DNA of 62,865 nucleotides from a virus (Duplodnaviria; Caudoviricetes): IMG/VR virus record IMGVR_UViG_3300011335_000874, positions 1 to 62,865 of that record; one strand, 5' to 3'. Shown piece by piece: positions 57,767 to 62,865 of this stretch (position 1 is its first letter; each line of letters starts with the position of its first letter). The notes under the pieces were generated by a model. It saw only the letters and a program-made list of their open reading frames with translations, ran no database searches and was not told where the DNA came from. The position numbers and the translations under genes were made by a program.

Positions 57767-58951
57767 ATGGCTAATATAGCAATTTGGAATAACAACCCAG
57801 GCCCAGTATGGGGAAGTACACCATTTCATTTTTATGATAATGATTTAGAGTTTCAACAAGAAGCTCCATTATTTGCTACTTGGGCAGCAACACGCTTAGG
57901 TTATCCTATTGTAGAGGTTGAATTACAAGATATAAACTTTTATGCAGCACTTGAAGAAGCTATTACTTCATATGGTAATGAAGTTTATCAATGGAAAGTA
58001 CGTGAGGGTTATCTTGCTATGGAAGGGAATATTGTAGCTAATACAACAACATTTAATAATAAATTAGTTACTCCTAACCTAGGTACTACTATTCGTATAG
58101 CTGAAAATTATGCTTCTGAAGCAGGAGTAGGTGGTTATACAACATATTATACAGGTTCATTAACTTTAACAGCTAGTGTACAAGATTATGATTTAAAAGC
58201 ATGGGCTACTTCTCAAGGTATATCAGGTAGTGGTATTGAAATTAAAAAGATATTCTTTGAAGCACCACCAGCAATTGTTCGTTATTTTGATCCATACGCT
58301 GGTACAGGTACTGGTATTCAATCATTATTAGAAACATTTGGATTTGGTCAGTTTTCACCTGGTATTAATTTCTTATTAATGCCTATCTATTTTGATGTTC
58401 AAAAATTACAAGCAATTGAATTGAATGATCAAATTAGAAAATCAGCATTTTCATTTGATTTAGTAAATAATAATTTGAGAATATTCCCTATACCAGGGGA
58501 TAGAGCAGATGGAGCACAGCATAGATTATTTTTTCATTATATCAAACGTGACGAAAGAAATGATGTAACATCAGCTACACCAAACTATGATTCTGGATCT
58601 AGTACTTTAGTAACAAATGTTAGTAATGTACCTTATGTTAATCCTGTTTTCTGTGAAATTAATTCTATCGGTAAACAATGGATTAGACAATATGCTTTAG
58701 CAACAGTAAAAGAAATGTTAGGATATGTTCGTAAAAAATACACTACTATTCCTATTCCAGGGGCTGAGGTAACATTAAATGGAGATGATTTATTAACAGA
58801 TGCTCGCTCAGAAAAAGATAAATTATTAGAACAGCTACGGGCAATGTTAGATGTAACATCTCGTAAAACACAACTTGAAAATCAAGCTGCTGAGTCTGAT
58901 TTTATACAAAAAACATTAATGAACGTAGCATTACCAATTTATATATTCTAA
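57767..58951 (+). CDS. neck protein (gp13-like)
   Basis: RLGYPIVEVELQD, WIRQYALA, KYTTIPIPGAEVTLNG. Confidence 0.85.
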   Translation: MANIAIWNNNPGPVWGSTPFHFYDNDLEFQQEAPLFATWAATRLGYPIVEVELQDINFYAALEEAITSYGNEVYQWKVREGYLAMEGNIVANTTTFNNKLVTPNLGTTIRIAENYASEAGVGGYTTYYTGSLTLTASVQDYDLKAWATSQGISGSGIEIKKIFFEAPPAIVRYFDPYAGTGTGIQSLLETFGFGQFSPGINFLLMPIYFDVQKLQAIELNDQIRKSAFSFDLVNNNLRIFPIPGDRADGAQHRLFFHYIKRDERNDVTSATPNYDSGSSTLVTNVSNVPYVNPVFCEINSIGKQWIRQYALATVKEMLGYVRKKYTTIPIPGAEVTLNGDDLLTDARSEKDKLLEQLRAMLDVTSRKTQLENQAAESDFIQKTLMNVALPIYIF

Positions 58952-59289
58952 TGATCAAATTACAAAACATATTATTAGAAGCAGTTGCTTTAGATAAAAT
59001 AGATGTATTAATTAAAACATCTACTGGTATTAATAAAGTAGAAATATACAATCAGATTAGAGCGCTTACTGGTGTTGTTGTTGTAACTATAGAACAAAGT
59101 GAATTTTTAGATAGTAAAGCAACAGATAGATTTGAATATTCATTGTTACATATGAAATATATTGTAACATCTGATCCTAAAACAGCTATTGATAAAATTA
59201 AAGTAGATGCCCTAGTAACTACTAGAATACCTGGACTATTACAATTTATTCCAAGATATAAAACAGCTCAAAACGTAGGTAAATACTAA
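58951..59289 (+). CDS. MIKL-tagged small protein
   Basis: MIKLQNILLE; IRALTGVVVV. Confidence 0.7.
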   Translation: MIKLQNILLEAVALDKIDVLIKTSTGINKVEIYNQIRALTGVVVVTIEQSEFLDSKATDRFEYSLLHMKYIVTSDPKTAIDKIKVDALVTTRIPGLLQFIPRYKTAQNVGKY

Positions 59290-59825
59290 TGGCATTATAC
59301 GGCGCAAATAGAGATATTAGTCTATTTAGACATTTAAATAGAGAATTGATCAATAATATTATTGAGCAGAAGGTAGGATATTATAAAATTGCTTTAGATA
59401 AATCATTACCAAATATGTATGGTGAATCTACTAAAAAAATATATAATGATCCTGTACTATTAAATTGTTTAATTGAAAGAGGTGATACTGATCCTAAAAC
59501 AGATGAGTTTGGTATGGATATTACTCGTACCATGAAATTTAGATTTTTGCGAGACGACTTAGCAGGAATAGATTTAAGTACAGACCAACCAGCAGATGGA
59601 TTAGGATTCACATATAATATAGTACCTGAAGTAGGTGATGTTATTTTATGGAATAATGACTATTATGAAGTAAATAATGCAAACGAAAACCAATTAATAG
59701 TAGGTAAAGACCCACTCTATTCATACTCAGGTAATACAGATAACTTTGGTTCATCTTGGTCTATAATAGTAGAATGTTTCTACATACGTCCAGAAAAATT
59801 AGGTATAGCACAACAAAGATTATAA
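59289..59825 (+). CDS. head completion/neck protein (gp14-like)
   Basis: NMYGES, PEVGDVI...YYEV; position after gp13. Confidence 0.7.
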   Translation: MALYGANRDISLFRHLNRELINNIIEQKVGYYKIALDKSLPNMYGESTKKIYNDPVLLNCLIERGDTDPKTDEFGMDITRTMKFRFLRDDLAGIDLSTDQPADGLGFTYNIVPEVGDVILWNNDYYEVNNANENQLIVGKDPLYSYSGNTDNFGSSWSIIVECFYIRPEKLGIAQQRL

Positions 59826-59827
59826 CA

Positions 59828-60172
59828 ATGATAAAACTTATAAGCCTTCTTAACGAATTAGGTAAACCAGAAAATATATATGCTCCTGGAGTAGATCCTG
59901 ACGCGCCATCTGATGATTTCCTACAGAAAGGATTTAGATTAAAAGGAACTACTATTGATCCTGAAACAGGGAAAATAGTTTCTGATGTAGAATATTTACC
60001 TGAGTTTGATAAAATTAAAATGGATATAGGCAACTTTGCTAAAACATTTAGAACATATAAGTTTAGTGCTGACCCTGATATAGCATCAGTAGCAACTAAA
60101 TTAGTTACAGCATTAAATAAAGCAGATCAATTAACTACTGTACTAAAAGAAATGATTAAGAACAGAAGATAA
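59828..60172 (+). CDS. MIKL-tagged small protein
   Basis: True start is probably MIKLISLLNE at 59828, inside track ORF 59756-60172. Confidence 0.7.
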   Translation: MIKLISLLNELGKPENIYAPGVDPDAPSDDFLQKGFRLKGTTIDPETGKIVSDVEYLPEFDKIKMDIGNFAKTFRTYKFSADPDIASVATKLVTALNKADQLTTVLKEMIKNRR

Positions 60173-61026
60173 TGACAGATAGATTAAAACCCATACCAAG
60201 AAATCAATCCGAGGTAACACAAGATGCCTTGAATACACCTTATCTAACAGAAATACCTAAAGCTGTTAGTGACACTGTATTCTCTAAAAATCGTGGTACT
60301 GATTACTCTATGAAGGGTGATACGGTAAAAGATATTAGTATTGGTTTAGAAGATATCGATAACGCTATTATGTTTTATTTTAATAATGTTATTAAACCCA
60401 ACGTAATACAAAACGGAAATCAACTAACTGTTCCTGTAATATATGGATCACCTGAAAGATGGAAGTCTGTCCAAGCAGACGGTTTTTACCGCGATAATAG
60501 TGGCCGTTTAATGGTACCCCTTATAATGTTTAAGCGTGAAACCGTTGAAAAAGATAGAACAAAAGGCAATAAATTAGATGGTAATACTGCACATCTATAT
60601 CAAATAGTAGGTTCAAAGTATAATGCTAGAAACGCGTATGATGCATTTAGTGTACTAAATAACAGGGAACCATCAGAACAATACTACATAACATCAACAC
60701 CCGATTATGTTACTTTAACATATAATTGTGTTATATTTACTGACTTTGTTGAACAAAATAATAAATTAGTAGAAGCAATAGAATTTGCCTCTGACTCATA
60801 TTGGGGAGACCCAGCACGTTATAAATTTAGAGCAGCAATTGACTCATTTGCAACAACTACTTTGCTAGAAGAAGGTACAGATAGAGCAGCTAAATCTACA
60901 TTTACTATTAAAGTAAACGGTTATATAATACCTAATACTGTAAATAAAGATATAGCTACTGCTCGTAGTAAATTTTACACTACCTCTCAATTAGTGTTTA
61001 CAACAGAAACTACAGGTAGTCTTTAA
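60172..61026 (+). CDS. tail terminator/sheath stabiliser (gp15-like)
   Basis: VPVIYGSPERW, VPLIMF, PDYVTLTY, FTIKVNGYI. Confidence 0.75.
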   Translation: MTDRLKPIPRNQSEVTQDALNTPYLTEIPKAVSDTVFSKNRGTDYSMKGDTVKDISIGLEDIDNAIMFYFNNVIKPNVIQNGNQLTVPVIYGSPERWKSVQADGFYRDNSGRLMVPLIMFKRETVEKDRTKGNKLDGNTAHLYQIVGSKYNARNAYDAFSVLNNREPSEQYYITSTPDYVTLTYNCVIFTDFVEQNNKLVEAIEFASDSYWGDPARYKFRAAIDSFATTTLLEEGTDRAAKSTFTIKVNGYIIPNTVNKDIATARSKFYTTSQLVFTTETTGSL

Positions 61027-61050
61027 TAAAAATGTTTCGTATATTATATC

Positions 61051-61443
61051 ATGTTACAAGCTACACAAATAACATGGGATCAAGCCCATAACTTATGGAA
61101 TGATTACAAATTGGGTGAATTATATACCCAATATCTCTTTGATACCTACGGTATAACTGTAGAAGCAGGTGGTAGAGTTATATGGAATCATGTACTGAAT
61201 GTAATTGAAGTTACTATATCACAAGGCGGTGCCCCTCTTCAGGATGGTGTTATTGGAGGAAAAACTAAAGTAACACAGAAAAAAATCAAATTGATATTTA
61301 TCATGGGCGATGTACACACTGAACAAACAAAAGAAATTAAAAATATTATTGCCCCACAGATAGTATCTGATATTAAAAATAAACTATCAGAACAGTTACA
61401 AACAAAAATATCATTAAGCGATGTACAAATTATTAAAGGATAA
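61051..61443 (+). CDS. hypothetical protein
   Basis: ORF in the tail module. Confidence 0.65.
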   Translation: MLQATQITWDQAHNLWNDYKLGELYTQYLFDTYGITVEAGGRVIWNHVLNVIEVTISQGGAPLQDGVIGGKTKVTQKKIKLIFIMGDVHTEQTKEIKNIIAPQIVSDIKNKLSEQLQTKISLSDVQIIKG

Positions 61444-61990
61444 GAATAACGAGTTTCAATGTGAAATTAAATTAGAAGGTGCTAATATTAATAGCGCTAA
61501 AGCACGTTTATTTTTAGAAGCAGACGGCGCTGAATATTCATTTACAGGTGAAATAGATGGTAATAAATGTACAATACCAATGGGTAAACTAAAAAAGTTT
61601 GCTAACTTATTAGAAAGTGGAAAGATACGTTTAGAAGTTTTGGCTGATGATACTTTATTCGTACCATACGAAAGCAATTATGTACTAGAAGCAGAAAAAA
61701 GTGTTACAGTAGAGGTAAAACAACATATAGAAACACCTAAAAAACCAGTAATGGAAGTTAAGGTGCAAGAAACTACTCCTACACCCAAAGTATCAACATC
61801 CATAGTAAAGAAATCAAAAGATCCAATAAACGAAATAATAAGCTATTTTGCTTTTAAAACAAATTTCGATGGAACCCCAAAGAGTTTCCATACATTGATA
61901 AAGAATCAACAACATAAAAACTTTTTTAATAACATCTGTGAGGTAAATGGTTTAGATAAAGTATCAGCTATTAAACAGATACTAAAATAA
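61421..61990 (+). CDS. hypothetical protein (Ig/beta-rich N-terminus)
   Basis: ORF in the tail module. Confidence 0.65.
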   Translation: MYKLLKDKNNEFQCEIKLEGANINSAKARLFLEADGAEYSFTGEIDGNKCTIPMGKLKKFANLLESGKIRLEVLADDTLFVPYESNYVLEAEKSVTVEVKQHIETPKKPVMEVKVQETTPTPKVSTSIVKKSKDPINEIISYFAFKTNFDGTPKSFHTLIKNQQHKNFFNNICEVNGLDKVSAIKQILK

Positions 61991-62003
61991 GTTATGAAAT
62001 ATT

Positions 62004-62865
62004 ATGGCAATACCTTCATTATTTGGATCATACATTGATCAAACATATCAACGACTAGTACAAACCAGCGGCTCAGAATTTGCAGATGGATTAGGTAACC
62101 CTATTTCAATAGGAATATCAGGAGGTACAGACACATATATTCCACTATGGAGTGGTAGTAATGCATTAACTAGTAGCTTTTTGAATCAATCCGGTAGTAT
62201 ATTAAAAACAATATCGGGTAGTATTGAAGAAGGTATAAATCTGAATTTTTCCGAATCGATACACGTGTTTGGTGGGGGTAAAGGATATGTTGTAGCAAGA
62301 CTTAGCGATCTTGCTCAAGCTGGTATTAATATAGTTGGATATGATTATGTGTCAATAAACGGAGGTGGAAATATAGGCATCGTAGCAGATTATACAACCA
62401 TAGCCAGCAGCGATAGTGGATTATCAACTGATTATCAAGGAAAAACAACACTATACGCTGGAGAATATCCATATGGAGTTCTGACAAATCTTATTTTAGC
62501 CGGAGGTGATACTTATGGGAACTATCTTAAAACACAATATAGTGGAAGTGATAAAGGTTTAAAATTAGATTATGCTGCTCTCCAATATAGCTTAGGCGAC
62601 TACAACAATGTGAATAATAGCACAAAAATAGTAATCAATGACGCATCAAGTTCAATATCCATAACAGGATCAGTAGCTATTACAGGTCTATCAACACTGG
62701 GGGATGTAACTATTTCAGGATTAGCAACACTAAACGATATAACATTAGAACCAACTACAGTAGATAATATTGATTTATCATCTGCTGCATATACTATAAC
62801 ATCATGGGGGGTATATAGAATAACTACTGGAGATAATACACTTAATTATAATCTAAATTTACCAG
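62004..62865 (+). CDS. tail fibre-like protein, 3'-truncated by window edge
   Basis: MAIPSLFGSYIDQTYQRLVQ...GGTDTYIPLWSGSNALTSS; G/S/T-rich; open to end of window. Confidence 0.7.
   Translation, partial: MAIPSLFGSYIDQTYQRLVQTSGSEFADGLGNPISIGISGGTDTYIPLWSGSNALTSSFLNQSGSILKTISGSIEEGINLNFSESIHVFGGGKGYVVARLSDLAQAGINIVGYDYVSINGGGNIGIVADYTTIASSDSGLSTDYQGKTTLYAGEYPYGVLTNLILAGGDTYGNYLKTQYSGSDKGLKLDYAALQYSLGDYNNVNNSTKIVINDASSSISITGSVAITGLSTLGDVTISGLATLNDITLEPTTVDNIDLSSAAYTITSWGVYRITTGDNTLNYNLNLP

Noticed and set aside
20429-60172. MIKL tag as a Sec signal peptide
   Set aside because: Too short, contains charged residues and ends in Glu, with no hydrophobic core or AxA site
777-61677. Numerous short minus-strand ORFs
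   Set aside because: All overlap well-supported plus-strand genes and show no motifs; antisense shadows
1-62865. Stop-codon reassignment
   Set aside because: Core genes are full length in the standard code, and TAG, TGA and TAA all end genes at sensible boundaries
1-62865. tRNA, tmRNA, rRNA or RNase P genes
   Set aside because: No cloverleaf or conserved signature recognised by eye; a covariance search is still advisable

Overview
An AT-rich window, with essentially all genes on the + strand, from a large T4-like myovirus. The host is most likely a member of Bacteroidota: promoters are of the TTTG-N19-21-TAnnTT(T/C)A type, leaders are A-rich and lack Shine-Dalgarno sites, and one gene has a lipobox lipoprotein. 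1-5.4 kb holds small early genes behind repeated promoter/stem-loop elements, plus a GC-rich, highly foldable non-coding island (about 1640-1880). 5.4-20.4 kb holds a gp55-like late sigma factor and baseplate genes. 20.4-45.9 kb mixes primase, exonuclease, endolysin, a DenV-like glycosylase, GIY-YIG nucleases and an FAD oxidoreductase with many late ORFs. 46-62.9 kb is the head/neck module: terminase, portal, prohead protease, scaffold, major capsid, PhoH, gp13/14/15-like proteins and the start of a fibre. The strongest unexplained pattern is that ten unrelated ORFs share the N-terminal tag MI(K/R)LxxI/LLxE; their bodies include ADP-ribosyltransferase-like, kinase-like, nucleotidyltransferase and Cys-rich domains. 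Other late ORFs carry two further short recurring motifs, one of which matches the scaffold C-terminus, and several look like polyproteins punctuated by (L/I/M/V)-x-E prohead-protease-type sites. I infer a tag-based system that loads effectors into the capsid. All calls come from motif recognition by eye; no searches were run.
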